Source: Octopus vulgaris (Eukaryota). Taken from it: DNA of 64,000 bases. The DNA is taken from NCBI GenBank assembly GCA_951406725.2, contig OX597816.1:117428001-117492000 (forward strand). Reading direction: 5' to 3'. The position numbers and the translations under genes are program-made. How positions within the stretch are numbered: position 1 is the stretch's first letter; every line of letters begins with the position of its first letter. The notes beneath the pieces were generated by a model, which was not told the DNA's origin, did no database searches, and saw nothing but the letters and a program-made list of their open reading frames with translations. Below, one piece after another: positions 40,210 to 51,830 of this stretch.

Positions 40210-40976
40210 TTTGATTTTGATTTTTCCAGTTTCAGCTAATGAGCTGTGGCCATGCTGGGGCACCGCCATTTGGTTTGCTACACGATTTTACCTCACGGAT
40301 GCTTTTTAGCAAACGCCATCTGATGCATGAGAGAGTTCGATGCAGCTGCCCTCATCTGCACCTCATGCCGTGAAGTTGAAGAATAGAGCTTTAATATCTT
40401 GAGTCTTTCCCAGTAGCTCATATGCTGCACAGAGGCTATCTTCTTCGTGTAGCTTCGTTGGATCGCCTCAGGTTCTGTGATCAACTTGACACTGGATGGT
40501 GACCATAGCTGAGAGCAATAGTCAAAGTGGCTTAGGACAAGTGTCTTCCAGAGGACCATCATGGTTTCTTGTTCTCTTGTTCTAAAGGTTCTAAGAATCC
40601 AGCCAGCCAGCCAGCCGTCTACATTTCATTGTCAGTTTAGCAACGTGTACATGAAAGGTCGCGTCATCACTCATGTGAATACCCAGGTCACGCACTGATT
40701 GTGCCTCTGGGATTGCAATCCCTCCGGGTCCAGTGTATTCATTGGGTATTGCATTCAGTTTTGCATGCTGATAGTATAAAGCTTGAAACTTTTCAGCATT
40801 GAACTGCATGCTATTCTTTTCAGCCCACTTGTATATTTCGTCCAGCTCACATTGCAGGTGCTTAGTGTCCTCAGGGTTCTGTATTTCCTGTGAAACTTTT
40901 GTATCATCTGCATAACTTGTGATCGTGGCTCTCTGCGTGGCTGAGGGCATGTCTGAGAGGGCCATTATGAACAGTA

Positions 40977-40978
<2 letters not shown>
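40207..40978 (-). mobile_element. 5'-truncated CR1-like LINE with internal deletion
   Basis: YADDTK, RDLGI and DYCSQLWSP motifs. Highly similar to 60632-61685 but lacks about 290 bp. Confidence 0.9.
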
Positions 40979-41063
<85 letters not shown>

Positions 41064-41179
41064 CATATATATACATATAATTTTTCTGAATCTTCATATT
41101 TTTTTCAATATGCTAGGCCATTGGTTTAAATTGATATTAATCAAATTAATATTCAATTTTTACCCTTGTTATTTAAATT

Positions 41180-41249
<70 letters not shown>

Positions 41250-41504
41250 ATGTATTTATGTGAGCGTATCTTTGTGTCTGTGTTTGTCCCCCCATCATCG
41301 CTTGACAGCCGATGTTGGTATATTTACATCCTCGTAACTTAGCGGTTCGGCAAAAGAGACCGATAGAATAAGTACTAGGCTTACAAAGAATAATTCCTGG
41401 GGTCGATTTCTTCGACTAAAACCCTTTAAGGCGGTGTCCCAGCATGGCTGCAGCGCAGTCAAATGACTGAAACATGTAATAAAATAAAAGAATACACACA
41501 CACA

Positions 41505-41591
<87 letters not shown>

Positions 41592-42256
41592 TGACCGCCT
41601 TTCCGCTAAATGAATGTGATTATCACTAACTGTTAAAAAATGTCACCAACGATTCTCATTATCAAAGAAAAAAAAAAGATAAGCCAGAGCAAAACACATC
41701 TCAGTAAGTTTCACAATTTTTATAATCTTCCCAAAGGGACATACTCTCAAGAAAATTAAGGGATGTCTCTCTCCCTGTAGTCTAACAGCAATCGAGAACC
41801 AGACTGAAATTTCTATATTTCCTGGTGAGGGTTCTGGTTTAGCCACTTACATCTCGACTATGCAACCACCAAGTTGCGCAGGGTCATATGTTATTAATAG
41901 CGTGCACAGTGCGACCAGATATAATAGCACACACACGCGCATGCACGCCCACCAGTCTGTACGTACGCACACGCGCGCATACTCACATACGAGTGCGCAC
42001 GCACACACACAAACATATTTAGGTTTCGGATGATTATTTTTGCTACTTAAAGCTTTATATCCTTAGGACAGACTGTGGCCATTAATATTGTTTATCACTG
42101 TAGAGTCTTCTAGGTATTGGGTTCTTTTACGCTATTAACAATACACACACTCTCACACATACAAACACACACCAACTATCTACATATACACCACTAACTA
42201 CGCTCACACGCGCACTCTTACACACTCCTATTTATACATACATATACATGTGGGCG

Positions 42257-42287
<31 letters not shown>

Positions 42288-42298
42288 TTATATATATT

Positions 42299-42390
<92 letters not shown>

Positions 42391-42409
42391 GTATTTATAT
42401 ATATATATA

Positions 42410-44725
42410 TTTGTGTATAGAGAAATGTGTTCGCATGGATGATGGTTCACTTGCGCTGAATGAGGATGTAAAGAGAGAGGTTTGGAGATGCCACTATGAA
42501 AGGTTGCTCAACAAAGAGAATGAATGGGATAAAGAGAGTCTGCCGAATGTCGACCCAATAGAGGGACCAGCTATCCGAGTTGACAGTTCCATGGTAGTTA
42601 AGGCAATTAGTAGCATGAAGACAGAGAAAGCCCCAGGCCCATCAGGAATTACTGCTGAGATGCTCAAAATATCTGGCAGTGTCGGCTATAGCCTAGTCAC
42701 CCATATAGTTAAGCAGGTGATACACGAAGGAGTCATACCCAATGACTGGTGTAGTAGCATAATAGTCAACTGCTACAAAGGTAAGGGTGACGCTCTAGAT
42801 ACAAGTAATTACAGAGGTATCAAGCTGTTGGATCAGGTAATGAAGGTTACGGAAAGCGTCATAGCCCAACTGATTAGAGAGAGAGTCAACCTAGACGAGA
42901 TGCAGTTTGGTTTCGTGCCAGGGAAAAGCACCACTGATGCCATATTTCTGGTGAGACAGCTGCAGGAGAAATACCTAGCGAAAGATAAAACTCTGTACCT
43001 GGCTTTCGTTGACCTGGAGAAAGCCTTTGACAGGGTCCCCCGTTCCCTTATCTGGTGGTCAATGAGGAAACTAGGTATAGATGAATGGTTAGTGAGAGCT
43101 GTGCGTGCCATGTACAGGGACGCTGTTAGTAAGGTGAGGGTTGGCAACGAGTACAGCAAAGAATTCCGGGTGGAGGTTGGGGTCCACCAAGGCTCAGTCC
43201 TCAGCCCCTCCTATTTATCATAGTCCTCCAGGCAATAACGGAGGAATTCAAGACAGGATGCCCCTGGGAGCTCCTCTATGCTGATGACCTTGCTCTAATT
43301 GTTGAATCACTATCGGAACTCGAGGAGAAGTTTCAGGTGTGGAAGCAAGGATTAGAATCGAAGGGCCTTAGAGTCAATCTAGCTAAAACCAAAGTCCTAA
43401 TAAGTAGGAAGGTAGACAAATTTCAAACGCCTTCAGGTAGATGGCCCTGCTCGATCTGTAGAAAAGGCGTAGGTAGGAACTCTATAAGATGCACCAAGTG
43501 TAAGCTATGGGCACATAAGAGGTGCAGCAATGTCAAAGGAAGGCTAACTAGGAAAATAGTTTTTGTATGTGGCAGATGCTCTGGTGCAATAAACACTGAA
43601 AGTGCGCAGAGACCATCTTCCGTCACATTCCAGGGAGAAAAACTTGAAATAGTTGATAGTTTCCGTTACCTAGGTGACCAAGTCAGTAGCGGGGGTGGGT
43701 GTGCCGAAAGTGTAACTGCTAGAGTAAGAATAGCCTGGGTAAAGTTCAGAGAGCTCTTACCTCTGCTGGTGACAAAAGGCCTCTCGCTCAGAGTAAAAGG
43801 CAGACTGTATGACGCATGTGTGCGAACAGCCATGCTACATGGCAGTGAAACATGGGCCGTGACTGCTGAGGATATGCGTAAGCTTGCAAGAAATGAAGCC
43901 AGTATGCTCCGTTGGATGTGTAATGTCAGTGTTCATACCAGACAGAGTGTAAGTGCCTTGAGAGAAAAGTTGGACCTAAGAAGCATCAGATGTGGTGTGC
44001 AAGAGAGGCGTCTACGCTGGTATGGACACGTAGTAAGAATGGATGAAGATAGTTGTGAGAAAAAGTGCCACACCCTGGCGGTTGAGGGAACCTGTGGAAG
44101 AGGCAGACCCAGGAAAACCTGGGACGAGGTGGTGAAGAACAACCTTCGCTCTTTAGGTCTTACCGAGGAAATGACCAGAGACCGAGACCTTTGGAAGTAT
44201 GCTGTGTGTGAGAAGACCCGGCTGGACAAGTGAGGCCATAACCCATGGCCCCTACCTGGAACGTAGTCAGTGCACCTATGTATACCTTCCTTCTTGGGAC
44301 ACATAACTCTACTTGTGAAGACCTGTTGAGGCAAGTGAAAATGGACAAAATCAAAAACAAACTCGATGAACATTAATGGAATTTGTAGTTTTGTGGTAAC
44401 AGTGCCGGTGGCACATACGAAAACCATCCGAACGTGGCCGTAGCCAGTACCGCATTGACTGGCCTCCGTGCTGGTGGCACGTAAAAAACACCATCCGAGT
44501 GTGGCCGTTCGCTAGCCTCGTCTGGCACCTGTGTCGGTGGCACATAAAATCACCCACTACACTCTCGGAGTGGTTGGCGTTAGGAAGGGCATCCAGCTGT
44601 AGAAACACTGCCAGATCTGACTGGCCTGGTGCAGCCTTCGGGCTTCCCAGACCCCAGTTGAACCGTCCAACCCATGCTAGCATGGAAAGCGGACGTTAAA
44701 CGATGATGATGATGATGATGATGAT
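42410..44725 (+). mobile_element. Young 5'-truncated RTE LINE (RT with one frameshift, 3' UTR, (GAT)n tail)
   Basis: [44 protein letters not shown] and RLRWYGHV motifs. Frameshift near 43207, stop at 44233. Confidence 0.93.
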
Positions 44726-44949
44726 ATTTATTTGTGTATTTATATATATATATATATTTACCCATGTGGCTATGGCCATGCTGGAACACCTCTGCGAATT
44801 TATATCCTTTCCACAACCAACTACAGAAGGGGGCTCTGGAAAGGGTACCAATTCACGTATGTGCTCCAGCACGACTACAGTCGCATGGCTGAAACGTATA
44901 AAAGAATAAAAAAGATTACATGCGCGCGCGCACACACACACATACGCAC

Positions 44950-44986
<37 letters not shown>

Positions 44987-45259
44987 TACACACACATACA
45001 CCCATATATTTCTTTTTATCTTTTATTTTATACTTGTTTCGGTCATTTGACTGCTGCTATGCTGGGACACCGCCTTGAAAGGTTTTAGTCGAACAAATGG
45101 GCCCCAGGACCCTTTTAAAAACCTAGTACCTATCCCCGCTATGTTATGGGGATGTAAACACACCAACATCAGTTGTCCAGCGACAGTGTGGTACAAACAC
45201 AGACACAAAGACACACGACGGGTTTCTTTTAGTTTCCGTGTATATATATATATATGTCT

Positions 45260-45304
<45 letters not shown>

Positions 45305-47312
45305 CATACATACATATATACAGGTAAGAACAAAAGAAACAAAAAAGTCGAAATCTTTTTTTCATCCATTTTGTAAAATAAAAGAAATCTGGATCCAGAA
45401 TGAAACTACTACCGAAATCTTATAGTCTTTATCTCTTCGGTTATTTGCTGTAAAACCTTGTATTCCTGGTTAAAATCGCTCCTCATAAAATGACTTTTAC
45501 TTGTATTTCTCAACCTGAAAATTGAAGTTCGAATTTTTTTTCATACGGTTCAATATTTAATGAAATGTTAATTTGTAGCTGTTTTATTATTAGCTTTATA
45601 TCTGCAATGGTAGTCAAACGAATCAATGTTTAAATATTATAATATTATTAACATTTAAATTATGGGTTTTGTTCACCCAAGATAAGATTTCTCTCTTTTT
45701 CTCTCTCCTCCCTCCTCTCTCTCTCTCAGTCTCTCTGTCTCTTTCTTATCCAGTCACTCACATTCTCTCATTCTTTCAGCTTTTCACTTTCTTACTCTCT
45801 TCCCTCTCTTTCGGTCTCTCCGGCTCTTCTAAGTCTAAAAATGTCAAACTTAATGATAAGCTTGAAAAAATAAAAAAGATAAAAACAAAGAAACAAAACA
45901 CGTTATTATTGAAAAACAAATATTATTAACATTTAAATTGTTTTTTTTTCTTTTTAGCAAAGATAAGATTTCACTTTCCCAACGTCTCTCTTTTTCTCTC
46001 TCTTTCTGTAAACACGTTAAATATAGAGGTACACTTGACTAACATTTTTATTGTTAAAAAGGATTTCAACATTTTTCTCGTTCGACTTGGATGATGCTTT
46101 CATAATTTTATTAGCAGTTTTTACCATTCGTTAATTCTTGATGAACAAGGCAGGCCAATGACCTCTCTCTTTGTTGTTTTACAGTGTATCAATGGAATCT
46201 ACTATAAGGCTCCCCAAATTTTCCAGTCTCGGACAGTTTATATATCTTGTGAAAGGCATCATAGATTCAAATTTTGTGGGACTTCGGCACAAAATTTCCA
46301 ATACTCAAACAGCATATAATAAGAACCGCAGAAATTTTACAGTTTATATATCTTAATTCTATTTTGATGTATAAATATATAGGCCTTCTTCGTAATATCA
46401 TTTCATTATATTAACGATTTCGATGATGTCTCCGATCTCGTTCCATAGCTAATATTTTTATACTGTCATCATCATCATCCGGTCGGGCGTCTTGCTCGGA
46501 CCAATAATTCATATTGGTCTTTCGATAACTGAATGTTTCATCTGCGCACACCACGACTACAGATGGTAGCAGCAGGTCGTTAACTGAACAGGTTGATCTT
46601 GATCGTCGACTGTTTCTTGTTCATTCGCTCAGCGGCTAGCGATATTCGCTATTGACTCAATAAGTTAATCTGCTGAAATAGTTCACATCCACCATGCTGC
46701 ATCTCATGATTTCATTGCAACCCAGGTTCGATCGGTCACCGGGTGCTAGGCTTTGCCAAGAGGCCACCGGTGCTTTATTCTTGTAGCGTGGTCATGAATG
46801 AAAGCTTGTTGTAAGTATATACATAGTTTATTGCTACATCAATAGCGAAGGTGTTCATGCAATACAAGAAGAGTACATCTTTTATGAAATGGCATATATT
46901 ACAGGTGCAGGAGATCTTCATCAGAAATTCCCATTAAGGCTGATTTCTTGTTGCCGTGCGGTATGTTTCTTCATCTATCGTGCCGGGGTGAATATGTAAC
47001 TGTGAAAACAGCTATGTCACGTGAGGCGTGGCTGAGTGGTTTAGAAGTTTGCCTTCCAGCCATGTGATGGTAAGTCCAGTTCGCTGCGCAGTATCTTGGG
47101 CAAGTCTCTTTTACGAGCCAACTAAAGCTTTGTGAGTAGATTTAATAGACGGAAACTATAAGAACAGTGTCAACAGCCGACAACTGATGAAGGATCGTTC
47201 TTTATGTTACCTGTCTTGTTTTCCATCTGTTTCTCTCGTTGTTCGCATACCCAGGTTTGCCTTCGTATTTCATGTTGTTTACGTTTTGTGAACCCCTGTA
47301 CCCATATATATA

Positions 47313-47360
<48 letters not shown>

Positions 47361-47448
47361 TAATCCAGACATGAAAGCACAAAAAAACACAACAACGCGA
47401 TGACGTGGAAGAAATATAGTATTATTAGACGCTCAGGAAAGAAGGAGG

Positions 47449-47483
47449 GTTTAACGTTTCGAGCGGAGCTCTTCGTCGGAAAC
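47449..47483 (-). ncRNA. Minimal type I hammerhead ribozyme motif (CCGACGA core variant)
   Basis: Minus strand reads GTTT-CCGACGA-A-GAGC-TCC-GCTC-GAAAC-GTT-AAAC: stems I and II paired, palindromic minimal stem III. Confidence 0.65.
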
Positions 47484-47901
47484 ATAGGAGAAGGAAAGAT
47501 CCAGAGAAGGGAAGACAGAGGAAAAAAATCGCCAACGGTACACACGCGGTCACTCTCAAAAAAATTACGCTGTTATCCCTATGATAACTTATCCTCTAAG
47601 CAAAAAACTTGGTTTATTATTCAAATAAATTCAAAATTAAGGAAGTTATAATGATTCATAAATACTTTTTATTCCTTGATCACCCCAACCAAAATATATA
47701 TATTGGTAAGTATGTACATGTATGTATGTATGTATGTATGTATGTATGTATGTATGTATGTATGTATGTATGTATGTATGTATGCATATATATATTGATA
47801 AAAATGGTAAGATAACAAAAGAATGAAAGAGACCTCGATATTATGTAAATAGAGGAATTTATCTGTAAATGTAATATGTGACTGCATTTTTCCGATGGCC
47901 G

Positions 47902-47962
47902 GATAACTGAAGAGATGGCGGCGTAGATTTCCACCTCGGTATCCGAAACTCGGAGTTTTATC
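47902..47962 (+). ncRNA. Type I hammerhead ribozyme motif inside an inverted repeat
   Basis: GATAA-CTGAAGA-(imperfect stem II)-GAAACT-CGG-AGTT-TTATC. Predicted cleavage after 47957. Confidence 0.65.
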
Positions 47963-47991
47963 ATGGCTACCGAATAATTGTCACATATTAC

Positions 47992-48085
<94 letters not shown>

Positions 48086-48086
48086 G

Positions 48087-48134
<48 letters not shown>

Positions 48135-48285
48135 CAGTAAAAGCAATTAAGATTCAAGTCAGTTCTAATGAATTCACTTGAATGCGGTACTTAACTTAGA
48201 TGCACCAGAAAACTGTATGGTATTAACCATACAATAATGTGGGGTGATTATAAACGAGAAAAAAGCAACAAGAATGGATTAGTTT

Positions 48286-48376
48286 TTTTAGTACAATTGT
48301 TTCATACAAAGACAGGCTTTATTAAAAGCTGCAAATATTGCAGCAAATACAAGTGTCCCGTACTCATCAATTAAAA
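48286..48376 (-). ncRNA. Slightly decayed type I hammerhead ribozyme motif
   Basis: Minus strand reads TTTTAA-TTGATGA-GTACGGGACA...TGTCTTTGTAT-GAAA-CAATTG-TA-CTAAAA, with palindromic stem III. Confidence 0.6.
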
Positions 48377-49015
48377 CACATATGAGTTCTCCAAACATCC
48401 TAGTGGGTGAGGCTACACTTATGAAGTATGGGAGATAGTTTTATAAAAAGCAAATTTAGGTTGTAAGCGGACTTCCAAAGTTCTTTAATGATGATGCACA
48501 GTCATATCACAGGTTTTAAAAAAGCTTATTAGCTTCACAGAGAAGGTGAATCAATCCATAATGTAGGTGCAAATTTCCAGAGATATGAGGAAATATTTCA
48601 TACTCACAGACGATGAATCTATCCATGATTAATCCACAATGAGGTGGGTATAATTCCTGCAAATTCTAAGTCAGTCTGCCTGTCTCCACAGAAAGAGACT
48701 TTTCTGTGTAGGTGGATACCTGCGACCCCTTCCCTCTCAGTTATCCCAGTATACTCTATGTGGGCGTTTTTTCTTTTTTTCTTCTTCTTCATTTTCTTTC
48801 TTTCTTTTCTTTTTTTCTTTTCTTTTCTTTTCTTTGCTCCACAAAATTCCTTCAGTCTTTATAAATTCTAACATAGCAGTTTTGTGAAAGGAACAGTGGT
48901 GTGACAAGTATATTAGCATATAGCATAAAACAGTTTTGCCATGGGCTCTTAGGAGCCTAGTTCGATTTGTTTTGCTCCGCCTCTGTTCTGTTTTTGTTTT
49001 TTCCAACGGATTTCC

Positions 49016-49108
49016 TATTTCTTCCTGAAGAGAAAGACACAATATGGTCTCATTATTCAATCGGATTTTGGTAAATTGTGCCTTTCGAAACACGTGTAGA
49101 ATGAAATA
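49016..49108 (+). ncRNA. Type I hammerhead ribozyme with intact core
   Basis: Stem I TATTTC-TTC/GAA-T-GAAATA, CTGAAGA (49025-49031), stem II GAAAGACACAAT/ATTGTGCCTTTC (11 of 12 pairs), GAAA (49087-49090), palindromic ACACGTGT, GUA site at 49096-49098. Confidence 0.82.
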
Positions 49109-49311
49109 AAACGATTTCTGTGCAATCTTCGTTCAGCTCCATTTCTTCAATTCACCAATAATATTTTAATTTCAATTATCCGCACCAATGCACGGTTGCA
49201 ACACCATATGGTTGTATCTCCAACCGTGCTGTCTTCTGCTGTGATTTTTGCTACCAAGGTATCGGTTAAACTTTTGATTAATCTGCTACAAGATTATTCA
49301 TCTTTCTATTT

Positions 49312-49366
<55 letters not shown>

Positions 49367-49712
49367 GTAACGTAAAGTGTTGGCTAAAGATCTATAGACG
49401 TGCTCTATGATATTTCATAACAATGAAACGAAACACTTTAAATCTTTTTCGTTGCCATGTTTCTGCTGACATACAGTGCTTTTGTATAAATTAACTTGGA
49501 AAATAATGAATAATTTAGCGAAATAATTGTAATTAAGTTGATGTTTGGAACATAAATTAGCATGGAATTTCGATGAAATTTAATTTAGATCACTTTAAAA
49601 CAGCAAGCTTGTATCATAGGACCAAGGGCGGTTTGAAGCAGGCTGGTATTGATTAGATTAACACAATATAATAAAGATCGTTAATACTCGGACACATATA
49701 ATACAGAATATT

Positions 49713-50296
49713 CTTTTCTACTCTAGGCACAAGGCCGGACATTTTTGGGGAGGGGGCCAGTCGATTAGATCGACCCCAATACTCAACTGGTACTTAATTT
49801 ATCGACCCCGAAAGGATGAAAGGCAAAGTTGATCTCGGCGGAATTTGAACTCAGAACATAAAGACAGACAAAATACCTATTTCTTTACTACCCACAAGGG
49901 GCTAAACACAGAGGGGACAAACAAGGACAGACAAACGGATTAAGTCGATTATATCGACCCCAGTGTGTTACTGGTACTTATTTAATCGACCCCGAAAGGA
50001 TGAAAGGCAAAGTCGACCTCGGCGGAATTTGAACTCAGAACGTAACGGCTGTAAGAAATACCTATTTATTTACTACCAACAAGGGGCTAAACACAGAGGG
50101 GACAAACAAGGACAGACACACGAATTAAGTCGATTACATCGACTCCAGTGCATAACTGGTACTTATTTAATCGTCCCTGAAAGGATGAAAGGTAAAGTCG
50201 ACCTCGGCGGAATTTGAACTCAGAACGTAACGGCAGTAAGAAATACCGCTAATCATTTCGCCCGGCGCGCTAACGTTTCTGCTAGCTCGCCGCCTG
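49713..50296 (-). mobile_element. Trimeric SINE concatemer
   Basis: One head plus three tandem core modules of about 180 bp. A single 15-bp TSD ATAATACAGAATATT flanks it (49698-49712, 50297-50311). Confidence 0.88.
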
Positions 50297-50351
50297 ATAA
50301 TACAGAATATTACAGAGGTATGCGTGCGCGTGTGCGTGCGTGCGTGCGTGC

Positions 50352-50426
<75 letters not shown>

Positions 50427-50689
50427 CGTGTGTGTGCGTGTGTGTGTGTGTGTGTGTGAAGCTTTTTGTCAAATGCATATTCTATTATAATTGCTTCTGT
50501 TATAGGAACTTGAAATTTTCGGGAAGGGTAATCTATTATATTGACTCTTGTAATTGAATACAACTTAATTTTATCGAACTCCGGGACGACGAAAAGTAAA
50601 GACGAACTAAGCGAGATTTGAATTCAGAACATAAAAACTCGTAACAAATGTCGCAATGTATATTTTCCCGATATCCGAACAATCTTGAC

Positions 50690-50773
50690 AATCCACCTCT
50701 CTCAAATGTTATAATAAAATCCACCTCTCAAATGTTATAATAAAATCCACCTCTCTCAAATGTTATAATAAAA
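50690..50773. repeat. Minisatellite, 3 copies of about 28 bp
   Basis: AATCCACCTCT(CT)CAAATGTTATAATAA repeated three times. Confidence 0.9.
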
Positions 50774-50774
50774 T

Positions 50775-51025
50775 AATAAATGCACTCTTTTAAAGCCTAG
50801 CCAGGCTCATAGGCCCGGTTTCCCGGTTTCAATGGCGTATGTCTTCCCCAGCTGGACGGGACGCCAGTCCATCGCAGCGTTACTCATTTTTGCCAGCTGA
50901 GTGAACTGGAGCAAGGTGAAATGAAGTGTTTTGCTCAAGAACACAACGCGTCGCCCGGTCCAGGAATCGAAACCACAATCTTACGATCATGATACTGACA
51001 CCCTAACACTAAGCCACGCGCCTCC
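50775..51025 (-). mobile_element. tRNA-derived SINE
   Basis: Head GGCGCGTGGCTTAGTG and GGTTTCGATTCC B box. Body includes TTCTTGAGCAAAACACTT and GCGATGGACTGGCGTCCCGTCCAG. Confidence 0.75.
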
Positions 51026-51039
51026 ACCTAAACTGTTAT

Positions 51040-51830
51040 ATTGGTTTCAAGTTTTGGTGCAAGGCTTGCAATTTCGGGGGAGGGGGTTAAGTCGATTACA
51101 TCGGCTCCATTTCTCAATTGTGACTAATTTTATCGACCCTAAAAGAGATGAAAAGCAAAGTCGAACTCAGCGGAATTTGAACTCAAAACGTGAAGACAGA
51201 CGAAATGCCGCTAAGTATTTTGCCCGGAGTTCTATCGATTCTTCCAGCTTACTGCCTTCTCTCATATGTTATTTTGGTAGTGCTTTCGATTATTCTCAGT
51301 AGAACACTATATGAAACATTCTAAAACGTTTAGTATTTAATACACATATAAATCTCTTAGAACGTTTCTCGGTAACTTAAGGACTTCAGTGAAGTCTTCT
51401 TATAATAATGGTTTCAAAGTTTGGCATAGGGCCAGCAGTTTTTGAAGGGAAGGAAAGTTGATCACATTTCCTGCAGTACTTGACTAGCACTTATTTCATC
51501 GATCCCCGCGAAGATAAAAGGCAAAGTCGATCACGGTGGAATTTGGACTTAGAACGCTAAGCAATTTGTCGGTCGTGCTAACGATTTTACCAGCTCGCCG
51601 CATTTTTCTTATAATAATCCATTTTACTATAGACACAAGATCTGAAATATTTGGGGAAAGGGACTAGTCGATTACATCGAACCCAGTGCTTGACTGTTGC
51701 TTGTTTCATCGACCCCCGAAAAGATGAAAGGCAAAGTCTATCTCACCGAAATTTGAACTCAAAACGTAAAGATGGACGAAATGCCACTAAGGCTTTTGTC
51801 CGGTATATTAACGGTTCTGCTGGTTCACTG
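51040..51830 (-). mobile_element. Cluster of three older SINE copies (core family)
   Basis: Diverged copies at about 51040-51260, 51410-51600 and 51620-51830. Confidence 0.75.

Noticed and set aside
49713-50296. Regularly spaced repeats that might suggest a CRISPR-like array
   Set aside because: Units are whole SINE modules without unique spacers, there are no cas genes, and the context is eukaryotic.
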